From IMG/VR virus record IMGVR_UViG_3300036796_000281, positions 1 through 30,812 of that record: a stretch of DNA of 30,812 bases. One strand, given 5' to 3'. The stretch is from a virus. Taxonomy: Duplodnaviria; Caudoviricetes. The translations under genes and the position numbers were made by a program. A model generated the notes under the pieces. The model worked only from the letters and a program-made list of their open reading frames with translations. It was not told the DNA's origin and did no database searches. Of the stretch, positions 6,521 through 15,804 are shown one piece after another; position 1 is the first letter of the stretch, and each line of letters begins with the position of its first letter.

Positions 6521-8559
6521 CGGTTATACAAATACCCAGTATGAATTTGGGGCAATATCATGCCGTCGAAACTTGGCGGCGTGAAACCTTTGCGCCAGGC
6601 ATCCCGAAAGATGTGACTCTGACAGAGCGGAAGCTGTGGACGGTAAACCCTACCGATCATGACTTCCGCAAGCAGTACATTCACGAAATACCCGACTGGT
6701 TAGCCGGGTATTTTGGCCAGCGCTATGAAAAGCTATTTAACACCCCTCGCGGTGGGCGTCGCCGTGCCAATACATTTTTACGCCAGACCATTGGCCAGAA
6801 TGTATTGCCACGTCTGCGTAACGTCATGGCACGCTACAAGCTGCCGGGGGACGTTAACGATCTTCCGTTCGGCAAAGCGCTGCAACGTTTGCCCGCTCTT
6901 GACCGATTTGAAATCAAAAAGCTGGCCACAAGGGTTTCCATGTGGCTGGCTGAGTCGTTTTACACATTCACCGACACCGAAATTGAGGGGGCAACTAAAG
7001 ACGCTGCGGAAATGCACCGACGTACTTTGCTGAGCTACGAACACCTTTGCGAGCTATCCCTGATGCTGGGTAACAAGCCACCATATTGGGCAGAGTATCA
7101 GGCTAATGAAGATGAGCTGGATACACGCAAAGCCGAATCTGGTTTGCTGCGAATGATGGCTCCAGAATGGTGGTATGGCCGACTGAAACGTATGCGTGAT
7201 GTTCAGCGTGAACATCTGGCCATTGCCGTGGGGCAAGTGCAAAAAGCAGCCAGTGCATACGTTTCGCGTGGTGCACTGGGTGAGTGGCTGGAGCAGAAGA
7301 AGCGCAATGCGGAGTTTTTTAAAAAGTTCGACCTGATTAACGATATGGGAGAACGGATCGCGCTGGCCGATATGGTCTATAAAAGCGTGTCTAACCCTGC
7401 AATCCGCCGTTCTGAATTAATGACAAGAATGCGCGGATTTGAAGACCTGGCCAATGAACAGCAGCTGGCCGGAGAGTTCTACACCATCACGGCTCCCTCC
7501 CGTTATCACGCTGTACACAGCAAGGGCGGTTTTGTGTCTCAGTGGAACGGTAGCAACCCCCGCGACACGCAGAAGTATTTATGTGGAGTCTGGGCAAAGG
7601 CTCGTGCAGCACTTTCCCGCGCCGGTATTCATGTATTTGGTTTTAGGGTAGTAGAGCCGCATCATGACGGCACCCCGCACTGGCATATGTTGCTGTTCAT
7701 GCGTCCACAGGATGTGGATGCTGTACGCGATATCCTTTGTTATCACTCCCGTGTAGCAGACTCTGAAGAACTGCAATCCCTCCACGCGCTAAAGGCGCGT
7801 TTTCACGTTGAGCCTATTGATCCCGCGAAAGGTTCAGCCACTGGCTATATCGCTAAATACATTTCTAAAAATATCGACGGTTACGCGCTCGATGGAGAAA
7901 AAGACGGTGAAACAGGTGAGAGCTTGCGGGATATGGCTAAGGCCGTTTCTGCCTGGGCATCCCGTTGGCGTATTCGTCAGTTTCAGCAAATAGGCGGCGC
8001 ACCGGTTACGGTGTGGCGTGAGCTGCGTCGTCTTGGTGATCAGCGGTTAGCCGATCATCGAATGGATGCCGTGCTGGCCGCAGCTGATGTTGGATGCTGG
8101 GCGTCATACACGCAAGCACAGGGCGGGGCTTTAGTTTCGCGTAAAGATTTGGTTGTTCGTCTCGCTTATGAAATTACAGAGCAGGGTAATGAATACGCGG
8201 AAGATATTCAGCGTGTTCAGGGCATCTATTCACCGTTGATCCCTGATTCAGAAATCGTCACACGTCTGGTTAAGTGGGAGAAGGTGCCGAAGTTGGCCGA
8301 AGCGTCAGCGGAGGCTGGTTTTTCTGGCGGCAACGCCGCCCCTTGGAGTTCTGTCAATAACTGTACGGAGGGAACCCGGAGGCGGTTAACACTGGAGTTA
8401 AATCGAAGGGGTTTTGAGGCCACCGATAGTGAATTGGCCATCCTAATCCGAGGGAGTGGGCTGGCGCTTGGTTGTGGTAACTCACTTGTTTACAGAAACG
8501 GGAGATTAAACGAGAGGAAAAATGAACCGTTGAATGAGCAGTGGCCTGGTTGGTCGTAG
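6517..8559 (+). CDS. A: Rolling-circle replication endonuclease gpA
   Basis: HUH motif EPHHDGTPHWH, two-tyrosine GYIAKYISKNIDG, WRIRQFQQIGG, PWSSVNNCT. Confidence 0.96.
   Translation: MTVIQIPSMNLGQYHAVETWRRETFAPGIPKDVTLTERKLWTVNPTDHDFRKQYIHEIPDWLAGYFGQRYEKLFNTPRGGRRRANTFLRQTIGQNVLPRLRNVMARYKLPGDVNDLPFGKALQRLPALDRFEIKKLATRVSMWLAESFYTFTDTEIEGATKDAAEMHRRTLLSYEHLCELSLMLGNKPPYWAEYQANEDELDTRKAESGLLRMMAPEWWYGRLKRMRDVQREHLAIAVGQVQKAASAYVSRGALGEWLEQKKRNAEFFKKFDLINDMGERIALADMVYKSVSNPAIRRSELMTRMRGFEDLANEQQLAGEFYTITAPSRYHAVHSKGGFVSQWNGSNPRDTQKYLCGVWAKARAALSRAGIHVFGFRVVEPHHDGTPHWHMLLFMRPQDVDAVRDILCYHSRVADSEELQSLHALKARFHVEPIDPAKGSATGYIAKYISKNIDGYALDGEKDGETGESLRDMAKAVSAWASRWRIRQFQQIGGAPVTVWRELRRLGDQRLADHRMDAVLAAADVGCWASYTQAQGGALVSRKDLVVRLAYEITEQGNEYAEDIQRVQGIYSPLIPDSEIVTRLVKWEKVPKLAEASAEAGFSGGNAAPWSSVNNCTEGTRRRLTLELNRRGFEATDSELAILIRGSGLALGCGNSLVYRNGRLNERKNEPLNEQWPGWS
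8338..8367 (+). other. Replication origin (gpA nick site, probably 8345/8346)
   Basis: GCCCCTTG|GAGTTCTGTCAATAACTGTACG resembles the P2 ori (GCGCCTCG|GAGTCCTGTCAATAACTG) embedded in gene A. Confidence 0.75.
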
Positions 8560-8635
8560 TCATGAAGGGTTTTTAAAGTTTTACTCAGTTCAAAGAAAGC
8601 AGAAAAAATTGTTTTTCAATAATTTATCGCTATAT

Positions 8636-8653
8636 ACTGTATGCGCATACAGT
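8636..8653. promoter_or_regulatory. LexA (SOS) box
   Basis: Perfect palindrome ACTGTATGCGCATACAGT (CTG-N10-CAG), overlapping a TATACT -10-like hexamer just upstream of tum. Confidence 0.88.
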
Positions 8654-8674
8654 GCTTTTAAAGATGGAGGCAAG

Positions 8675-8887
8675 ATGGATTTGTTAGATCAGTCAGCGGT
8701 ATTGGAACGAATTGAACTACTGGCGAAATTCGCATGCGTTGACGATAGTAGCTCCAGGGATCGCCAGGTTGCATTAATTTGGATTGGTGAAATGGCTGAG
8801 GAAATAAGGCTGGGGGTTGTTTCAAAAATGAATAAGCCACCGGTTAGAGGTGGCTTTGAATCATGCGGCGGGGGCGGTTTTCAGTAA
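8675..8887 (+). CDS. tum: Short Tum-like SOS-inducible antirepressor (N-terminal domain only)
   Basis: MDLLDQSAVLERIELLAKF...RDRQVALIWIGEMA resembles the 186 Tum N-terminus; GGAGG RBS; LexA box upstream. Confidence 0.72.
   Translation: MDLLDQSAVLERIELLAKFACVDDSSSRDRQVALIWIGEMAEEIRLGVVSKMNKPPVRGGFESCGGGGFQ
8834..8857. terminator. Hairpin terminator after ogr, possibly bidirectional
   Basis: AAGCCACC-GGTTAGA-GGTGGCTT, just past the ogr stop and inside the tum 3' end. Confidence 0.55.
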
Positions 8888-9130
8888 GTCGAACGCCATC
8901 TGACGTTGTTCCGGTGACATTGTGCTGAGTAGTTTTTGTACCAGAATATCGCCGGTTTTAGCGCTTGGGCTGAGTGTGTGCGAAAAAGTCAGATTCATAA
9001 CAAAAGTATGCCCACACTCCACGTCAGCACAGGCGCAGTAAATATCTGCTATCTGGCGGTGTTTGCGGTTCGTTTTGCGAATAACAGCTTTAGAGCCGCA
9101 CTCCGGACATTCTATTTTTAAGACACGCAT
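8861..9130 (-). CDS. ogr: Ogr/Delta zinc-finger late activator
   Basis: CPECG...YCACADVECGHTF C4 zinc finger; ATG at 9130. Confidence 0.9.
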   Translation of the reverse strand: MRVLKIECPECGSKAVIRKTNRKHRQIADIYCACADVECGHTFVMNLTFSHTLSPSAKTGDILVQKLLSTMSPEQRQMAFDLLKTAPAA

Positions 9131-9180
9131 ATTCCATGCTCCAGCTGTTAAAACATGCCTGGATTTTAGCCTGTTTCGCC

Positions 9181-10212
9181 TCATGCTGCACCCTTATCCG
9201 TTGTTTCTGTTGCAAATATCAGGTGCAAATGTGCCGGGACTTCCGGGTCATTATTAATAGCTGCCATCATGCGGCGTTGAACCGGCAGAACTTCATCTTT
9301 TCGGTAGGTATTTCGCGCTTTCTCCGGGTCGCCCAGTCCCGCCGTGTTTTGCGGAACGATGCCCGCAAGCCCTGCCGGGAAGCGGTGCGCGTTCAGAACG
9401 TCCTGAGCGCTGATATTCTTAATGTTGGCAAACTCATCCTTTGCAGAAATATCCCCCATCTGAATAAATTTAACCCCTTCCGGGTCACCGTTCGGGATGT
9501 TTACCAGAATGGTGGAGAAATTACCGATCCCCTTGCTGTCCGCCAGATTGCGTTCAATTTCTTCCTCCATTTCATCCGTCATGCTCGGATCACGGGTATA
9601 GAGAATACCGCCAGTGTGCGCCCCGTTGTGGTAGTAGCGACGGCGGAAAATAACGGCTTCACTGTTTAACAGGGCTGAGTGAATCCCACCGATATAATCC
9701 GGCAGTCCGTAGATGTGCTGCTGTGGGTCATACATCTTAATAAAAATGATATCATCCGGGCTGTACACCAGTGGTTCACCATCCTGCAGAACAACAAATT
9801 CCCCTGTTTTACGCACCCGCATGTAAAGCCCTGGCAGCGGTACAAGAGAAGCTACATCACCCCAACCGTTACGCACTTTCAGAATGGCTACATCACCGAA
9901 GGTCAGAAAATCAAAGATACCGGCTTCCAGATCGTCATGACTCAACCCGCCATGCTGATAGCCTGAAGTAATCATATTCTTGCGGGCATGGATTATGCCG
10001 CCATGCTGGCCATTGAGGTTAATCAGTTGTGCCAGCGCCAGCCGGTCAATCGGTAAGGTGTAATGATCTGCGGCGCTGTCGTACCAGATATCATGGTAAT
10101 CGGTGCCGGTGGTCAAAACGGGTTCGGGTTTACCGAAACGTAAGACGCTCATTTTTTTAGCGGGCTGGTTTTTGTCGATACGCTTTGCGGTACGTTTGTT
10201 GTGTTTTTTCAT
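9181..10212 (-). CDS. Q: Portal protein (P2 gpQ, PBSX family)
   Basis: YGLPDY, FRRRYYHNGAHTG, KDEFANIKNISAQDVLNAHRFP. Confidence 0.95.
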   Translation of the reverse strand: MKKHNKRTAKRIDKNQPAKKMSVLRFGKPEPVLTTGTDYHDIWYDSAADHYTLPIDRLALAQLINLNGQHGGIIHARKNMITSGYQHGGLSHDDLEAGIFDFLTFGDVAILKVRNGWGDVASLVPLPGLYMRVRKTGEFVVLQDGEPLVYSPDDIIFIKMYDPQQHIYGLPDYIGGIHSALLNSEAVIFRRRYYHNGAHTGGILYTRDPSMTDEMEEEIERNLADSKGIGNFSTILVNIPNGDPEGVKFIQMGDISAKDEFANIKNISAQDVLNAHRFPAGLAGIVPQNTAGLGDPEKARNTYRKDEVLPVQRRMMAAINNDPEVPAHLHLIFATETTDKGAA

Positions 10213-11978
10213 GCTGCTTTCTTCAGCCTCCAGCGGGACTGTGGTTTATTTTCGTAGTTAAGTGGTTCGTTGTGCAGGGCGTGAGTGATTGCCCAGAATG
10301 CTTCTGCGTGACCGGTTTCAGGGCTACGGTCAGCAACGAAGGTCATGGCATTACCGCTTTGCGTGGTGGTGTGCCTGATGGCCATAAAACTGGCCGGGAT
10401 TTCCTTAAGGTCTTTATCCCATTCGATGCGCTGACTGCCGACCACATCGGCAGCTTTCAAAACCAGCTGATTTTTCGTATTGCGGTCATAACGAATGGCC
10501 ACAGCCACACGCAGGGCAAAGTGCTGGATGTTGTCGAAAACACCCTGGCCAATACCGGTGACATCCACACCCAGATAAGTGAAGTTGTATTGTTCAAACA
10601 GTTTTTTAATCTGTTTGGCTTGCCAGCGGAAGTTCATCCCCTGCCAGTTAAAAATGCGCAGCACCCTGAACTTCTCGCCGTCGTGCTGGGGTGGTGCAAC
10701 GATGACAAAGCAGGACAAATCGCCTGAACGTGCCGGGTCAAACCCTCCCCACACAGGCCGGTTTCCAAAGGGGCGCGCTTTGCCGGGTTTGTGGTCTTGC
10801 CACAATTCCACATCCACGCCGCAGGCTTCCAGATCGGCGAAGCTGAAAACTGAATCCTTGCTGTCCACAAACACGCACATATAGAGCATGTTGAACGTGT
10901 CGATGTTGTAGCGGTTGCGCAGTTTGTCGATGCTGGCCAGATTGAAACCACCTGCAATGGCATCTTCCATCGTAATGACGTAACGCCACTGGCCATCCGG
11001 GCATAAACGGCCACCGTCGCGCAGCTCGTCAAAGTCCGGGAATTTAATCGCATTACGTTTCTTGCTTCCCTGTTTCCATTCCTCGCCTGTCCAGAATGGA
11101 TAGCCCTGGTGCGTTTTTGCTGAAGGGGTGGAAAAGTAGGTGGTGCGCCATTTGTCATGGGTGGCCATGGCGCTGGCCACTTCGTTAAGGCGGGCAAAGT
11201 TTGGTACCCAAAAATATTCGTCGCAGTACAAATGGCCGCTGTAGGACTGAGCGGTATTTTTGTTAGTCGATAAGAAACGCAACTCCGCGCCGTTTGATAA
11301 ACGGATAGGGTTGCCGGTCAGCGTTACGCCAAAATACTGCTCTGCAATGTTGACGATATAAGAACGGAACACCTCCGCCTGGGCGCGGGATGCGGAAAGG
11401 AATATTTGCGGATCGCCGGTCAGCACGGCATTTTCAAATGCCTCAAAAGCAAAGTACCAGGTTGCCCCAATCTGACGACTTTTGAGGATGTTTCTCACCT
11501 GTCGGGCAAGATTCAGGCGCAGGTGTTTCTGGTACCCGAAAAGATGTTCATCTGCCCAGGCGTCAAAATCTTCTTTTGTCAGTCCGTCGATATCGTTTTT
11601 GCGGTACTTGCGCTTTTTCGGCTGGTCGTCTTGTTCTCCACGCACAGCAGCTGCACCACTGCCTTTTTCCCTCGCCAGCATTTCTTTGTGTTTGTTGGAC
11701 TGAGCACGTAATTTTGTGGCGTGGGCAATCAGCAAATCCATTTCTTTTAAATCAAGGTCGCTTTTTCCGTCACGCCCGGCAAGCAGCTGGTAACGGCGTT
11801 CAATGGCTTCCTCGGTACTTTCATGGCTGAGTAAATCCGCCCAGTGATATTTTTCCGCCCAGTAGTAAATGATCCGCACATTCGGCAGATTTAAATCAGC
11901 GGCGATTTCTTTTGGTGTGCTTCTGCGTAAATAGAGAGCACGCGCAACGCCTTTAAGTTCTTCAGAGTATTTAGCCAT
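10209..11978 (-). CDS. P: Terminase ATPase subunit (gpP)
   Basis: KSRQIGATW Walker A, LYCDE Walker B, FSTPS, and GFDPARSGD nuclease motif. Confidence 0.95.
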   Translation of the reverse strand: MAKYSEELKGVARALYLRRSTPKEIAADLNLPNVRIIYYWAEKYHWADLLSHESTEEAIERRYQLLAGRDGKSDLDLKEMDLLIAHATKLRAQSNKHKEMLAREKGSGAAAVRGEQDDQPKKRKYRKNDIDGLTKEDFDAWADEHLFGYQKHLRLNLARQVRNILKSRQIGATWYFAFEAFENAVLTGDPQIFLSASRAQAEVFRSYIVNIAEQYFGVTLTGNPIRLSNGAELRFLSTNKNTAQSYSGHLYCDEYFWVPNFARLNEVASAMATHDKWRTTYFSTPSAKTHQGYPFWTGEEWKQGSKKRNAIKFPDFDELRDGGRLCPDGQWRYVITMEDAIAGGFNLASIDKLRNRYNIDTFNMLYMCVFVDSKDSVFSFADLEACGVDVELWQDHKPGKARPFGNRPVWGGFDPARSGDLSCFVIVAPPQHDGEKFRVLRIFNWQGMNFRWQAKQIKKLFEQYNFTYLGVDVTGIGQGVFDNIQHFALRVAVAIRYDRNTKNQLVLKAADVVGSQRIEWDKDLKEIPASFMAIRHTTTQSGNAMTFVADRSPETGHAEAFWAITHALHNEPLNYENKPQSRWRLKKAA

Positions 11979-12142
11979 AGCCTTTATTATGCCCGCGTCA
12001 GTTATTTATATTTACGGGCGTAATTCGTACTTATTCGATAAAGGCGTTATATCCGAACTGAGAAGAATTAATGCGGATGCGTGCCGGAAGTAATTCCGCA
12101 ATAATTCATTTGCTGGAACACAACAAGCAATCAGGAAAATAA
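11979..12142. promoter_or_regulatory. Divergent late promoter region (P/O)
   Basis: AT-rich gap between divergent late operons containing the imperfect inverted repeat TTCGATA...TATCCGAA (12034-12057). Confidence 0.55.
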
Positions 12143-12964
12143 ATGTCGCAATTACGCACTGACTGGCTTTGTGTTGCTACCGAAGGGGATACAGTAGATG
12201 GCAGGGTATTAGAACGGCAGTGGTTAATTGATGCTGCCCAATTATATGACGCCGCATTATATGGGGCGCTTATCTGGCCTGAACATTGTAAAGATTACGG
12301 CAATTTTGGCGAAGTCCTTACGGCTATGTTTCAGGAAGGGGATGACGGACTGGTCAGGCTTTACGTTCAGCTCAGCCCTAATGTTTATCTGCTGGAGGCC
12401 AACCGTAACGGACAGATGATTTTCTTTTCTGTTGAGCTTACGCCAAGTGGAAACTGGCGTGGAACGGGGCGGCATTATCTTGAAGGGCTGGCGGTCACCG
12501 ATACACCGGCCAGCGTGGGAACAACACGACTGCGCTTTAACAGACGCAAAAACGTTAAACCCGGCTATTACGGATGCACCATTACCCGTACCGGAAAAAT
12601 CACACAGGAAACGGAAATGAAAAAAGACTGGCAGAGCTGGTTTGGTATTCAACCAAAAAAATTCGCTGAAGAAGAAACAGAAGAAGTTCCGGGCGAAGAA
12701 GATAAATTGCAGGTATTGGCCAATGCGGTCAATGAAATTGAATCACGCCTTTCAGCAATTGAAACAAAAATGGCAGATGTGGAAGGTGATGTGGAAACCA
12801 TTACCGGAGTCGTGGATACCGAAGATTTTGCAAAGCTGCGTGATAACGTCGGAACTATTGTAGCTAACTTTGGCAAGCTGGATAAAAAAGTTACTGAAAT
12901 TCCGGCGCGTAAATTCGGTAATAAAGACAACTCCGGTAAAAGTAAAAAATTTAAGTTTCTCTGA
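12143..12964 (+). CDS. O: Capsid scaffolding protein/protease (gpO)
   Basis: ATEGDTVDGR, YLEGLAVTDTPASVGT. Confidence 0.93.
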   Translation: MSQLRTDWLCVATEGDTVDGRVLERQWLIDAAQLYDAALYGALIWPEHCKDYGNFGEVLTAMFQEGDDGLVRLYVQLSPNVYLLEANRNGQMIFFSVELTPSGNWRGTGRHYLEGLAVTDTPASVGTTRLRFNRRKNVKPGYYGCTITRTGKITQETEMKKDWQSWFGIQPKKFAEEETEEVPGEEDKLQVLANAVNEIESRLSAIETKMADVEGDVETITGVVDTEDFAKLRDNVGTIVANFGKLDKKVTEIPARKFGNKDNSGKSKKFKFL

Positions 12965-13030
12965 TTAAGTCTCAGCCTGAAATTTATTTGAATCTGATTA
13001 ATCTATTTCGCGTTAACGCGAGGGGAATTT

Positions 13031-14050
13031 ATGCAACTTAATCACCGTGCGCTGGAATATATTGATGCTTACTCTGCTGGTCTGGCAGGGCATTACGGCG
13101 TCAATAACCCATCCCGCGCATTTAAACTGACTGACCCGCAGGAAACATCATTGCGTGGTGCGCTGTTAGAGTCGGTTGAATTTCTGAGTCTGATTACCTG
13201 TGCAGATGTAGACCAGTTGAGTGGCCAGGTTGTTTCCGTTGGGGCATCTCAGCTTCACACCGGGCGTAATGCTGACGGGCGTTTTATTCGTCGTGTTGGC
13301 GTGGACGGCAATGATTACAAGCTGGTCGAAACAGATTCCTGTGCCGCGCTGCGCTGGGATCTGCTGTCTATCTGGGCTAACGCGGGCAGTGAAGAAGAGT
13401 TTTTCCAGCTGGTACAGGCATTTTCTAATCAGGCGTTTGCGCTGGATATGCTACGCATTGGCTTTAACGGGACAACAGTAGAGCCAACCACTGACCCGGT
13501 GAAAAACCCGAACGGGGAAGATGTGAATATTGGCTGGCATGCCCGTATGAAAACCTTCAACGACGGCAAGCAGATTATTACCGATGCCATCACCCTGGAC
13601 GATGCCGGTGATTATCACTCTCTGGATGCAATGGCATCTGACCTTATCAACAGCAAAATCCCACAGCAATTCCGCAATGACCCGCGTCTGGTGGTGCTGG
13701 TTGGTGCCGATCTGGTGGCTGCTGAGCAATACCGGCTTTACCAAGCCGCAGACCGACCAACGGAAAAAATCGCCGCGCAAATGCTGGGAAATACCATCGC
13801 AGGGCGTCCGGCAATCGTGCCGCCATTTATGCCCGGTAAACGCATGGTGGTTACGCCACTGAGCAATCTGCATATCTACACCCAGCGCAATACCCGCCAG
13901 CGTAAAGCGGAGTTTGTTGAAGATCGTAAGCAGTACGAAAACAAATATCTGCGCAATGAAGGTTATGCGGTTGAAGTGCCGGAGGTGTATGCCGCTATCG
14001 ACGAAGCGGCGGTGACCATCGGCAAGATCACGGAACCGACAGAGGGCTGA
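13031..14050 (+). CDS. N: Major capsid protein (gpN)
   Basis: ALDMLRIGFNG, NPNGEDVNIGW, DPRLVVLVG, NEGYAVE. Confidence 0.95.
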   Translation: MQLNHRALEYIDAYSAGLAGHYGVNNPSRAFKLTDPQETSLRGALLESVEFLSLITCADVDQLSGQVVSVGASQLHTGRNADGRFIRRVGVDGNDYKLVETDSCAALRWDLLSIWANAGSEEEFFQLVQAFSNQAFALDMLRIGFNGTTVEPTTDPVKNPNGEDVNIGWHARMKTFNDGKQIITDAITLDDAGDYHSLDAMASDLINSKIPQQFRNDPRLVVLVGADLVAAEQYRLYQAADRPTEKIAAQMLGNTIAGRPAIVPPFMPGKRMVVTPLSNLHIYTQRNTRQRKAEFVEDRKQYENKYLRNEGYAVEVPEVYAAIDEAAVTIGKITEPTEG

Positions 14051-14053
14051 TAA

Positions 14054-14755
14054 ATGTCACTTTCACCCGCCCAACGCCATAACCGGCGTGTTGAGATGGA
14101 GCAACAACTGAAGCGGCAACAGTCCGTAGCCAGTGCTGACAGTCTGCATGTGCAGGTCAGAGCGCTCAATGAAGATGTGCAGCGGGCAACGAATCAGCCA
14201 ACGACGGCAGACCGTATCACCTTTAAACGTGATGTGCTCCTACCACGCTGGCTTCCGACTGCGGAGGATTATCTGAAGGGGGGCAATGTTCACGCCAATC
14301 CGATTTTAGCCTGGTGCATTGTGTGGCTGTTTGATGTGGGTGAGTTTGACCAGGCGCTGGAATGGGCTGATATCGCCATTGAACAGCAGCAACCCACGCC
14401 GGAGGCATTCCGCAGTAATTTCCCCACCTTTGTGGCGGATACGATGCTGGACTGGGCGACGGGTACCGCTGAGGCGGGTGAAAGTGTGGAACCGTATTTT
14501 TCACGCACCTTTGAAAATGTTGCCACTAAATGGCGTTTGCATGAGGAGGTGACCGCCAAATGGTTCAAGTTTGCCGGTTTGCAGCTTTTACGTGACGACA
14601 GCGGGCGACCTGTGGCCACCGCGGTGGGTGATGTGGAAACACTTCAGAAAGCAGATGCCCTGCTGGCCAGTGCAGAAGGGTTCTATAAAAAAGTGGGCGT
14701 AGGTACCGTGCGCAAAACCATTGCCGCCCGACTTCGTGCACTGAGCAAAGAATAA
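14054..14755 (+). CDS. M: Terminase small subunit (gpM)
   Basis: MSLSPAQRH, VWLFDVGEFDQAL, VGV motif; follows the capsid gene. Confidence 0.9.
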   Translation: MSLSPAQRHNRRVEMEQQLKRQQSVASADSLHVQVRALNEDVQRATNQPTTADRITFKRDVLLPRWLPTAEDYLKGGNVHANPILAWCIVWLFDVGEFDQALEWADIAIEQQQPTPEAFRSNFPTFVADTMLDWATGTAEAGESVEPYFSRTFENVATKWRLHEEVTAKWFKFAGLQLLRDDSGRPVATAVGDVETLQKADALLASAEGFYKKVGVGTVRKTIAARLRALSKE

Positions 14756-14773
14756 AAACGACTACCGACAGCC

Positions 14774-14841
14774 GGGTGGGCGCGGCGGAGGGCAAAACGC
14801 ATAAGCGTAATGCGCCGTGGATGCCGGTCAGCCCACCTTTT
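14774..14841 (+). other. Long irregular intergenic hairpin between M and L
   Basis: GGTGGGC (14775-81) pairs with GCCCACC (14831-37); inner CGG/CCG, GCA/TGC and ACGC-ATAA-GCGT; followed by TTTT. Confidence 0.6.
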
Positions 14842-14851
14842 CGGGGGATAA

Positions 14852-15304
14852 ATGTTTAGCGGAACACCGATAGATTTTCAGGATGAACCGCTGGAGAACA
14901 ACGGATTCTGGCCAGACCTGAATTTAAAGGACTTTCAAAGCCAGCGCACCATCCCTGCGGATATTGATGCAGACACTATCGCCCAGGCATTGATTGTTGC
15001 CGTGGCGGAAGTGAATGCGGAGCTGGAAAGTGTGGAGAGTCAGCAACGGGCGAAAGGCTATGAATCAGCGGCAGTAGTACCCGGCGTAAAAATGTCAGGG
15101 CTTAACGCATTATGTGCTCAGTACACCAAAGCGGTATTTGCCAGGGCAAAAGCTGATCTGCTGGGCGAGTTTGCCACTATTGGACAGCGTGAAACCCATC
15201 CAGGGCAGGAAAGCATGGAAACCCGCGCCGGACTGCTGGCAGAAGCCTCAGTGGTTATCCGGCGCATGAAAGGGCTTAAACGGGCAACGGTGAAAATGGT
15301 ATGA
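14852..15304 (+). CDS. L: Head completion/stabilisation protein (gpL)
   Basis: NNGFWPDL, YTKAVFARAKADL. Confidence 0.9.
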   Translation: MFSGTPIDFQDEPLENNGFWPDLNLKDFQSQRTIPADIDADTIAQALIVAVAEVNAELESVESQQRAKGYESAAVVPGVKMSGLNALCAQYTKAVFARAKADLLGEFATIGQRETHPGQESMETRAGLLAEASVVIRRMKGLKRATVKMV

Positions 15305-15804
15305 GCCAGACGCAGCTTGAATCACTGACAGCATTTTTTAAGGACAACGTGCCAGCACGGGCAATGGCGGAATTTTCCAGCGTCGTGGATGAGATGCAGT
15401 TTATTCCGGCTGCCAAAGATTTAGGGCTGGAACAGTATCGCCAGGCGGTTATTCGTTATGACGCGCTACTGAGCTGGCAGCGCTTCCCGTTCCGTCTTTG
15501 CCCGCCGCAGTTGCTGATGTCGTTGCTGGCGGCGTGGCTGGATGATGCTGACCGGGCGTTGCTGGACGAAATCGGGTTAACCGATGCCGAGCCGGACTGG
15601 GATGTTTCGGTGGAGTCGGAAGAAACGGCCACCATTGTTTTGACCGTGCCAATGGCCGAAGAACTGGTGATTAAACCTGATGCAAAAGGCGCAATTCCAT
15701 GGAACGGAAAACGCTGGTCACTGGTTGAGCCTGAAATCTGGACAGCGATAACCGCTCAGATCTACGGCGTGGATGAAACCGGTGCGCCGGTAGGGGCTGA
15801 CTAA
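15301..15804 (+). CDS. Tail completion protein (gpR-like)
   Basis: Synteny after L with an ATGA overlap, as in HP1-type head-tail modules. Confidence 0.7.
   Translation: MSQTQLESLTAFFKDNVPARAMAEFSSVVDEMQFIPAAKDLGLEQYRQAVIRYDALLSWQRFPFRLCPPQLLMSLLAAWLDDADRALLDEIGLTDAEPDWDVSVESEETATIVLTVPMAEELVIKPDAKGAIPWNGKRWSLVEPEIWTAITAQIYGVDETGAPVGAD

Noticed and set aside
8534-8674. Upstream extension of the tum ORF (117-aa version)
   Set aside because: It spans the promoter and LexA box; the GGAGG RBS supports ATG 8675.
9136-11830. Several long alternate-frame ORFs over portal and terminase
   Set aside because: Shadow ORFs of conserved genes, lacking motifs.
14756-14851. HDV-like or other known self-cleaving ribozyme
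   Set aside because: I could not fit the nested double pseudoknot or catalytic core; kept only as a structured element.
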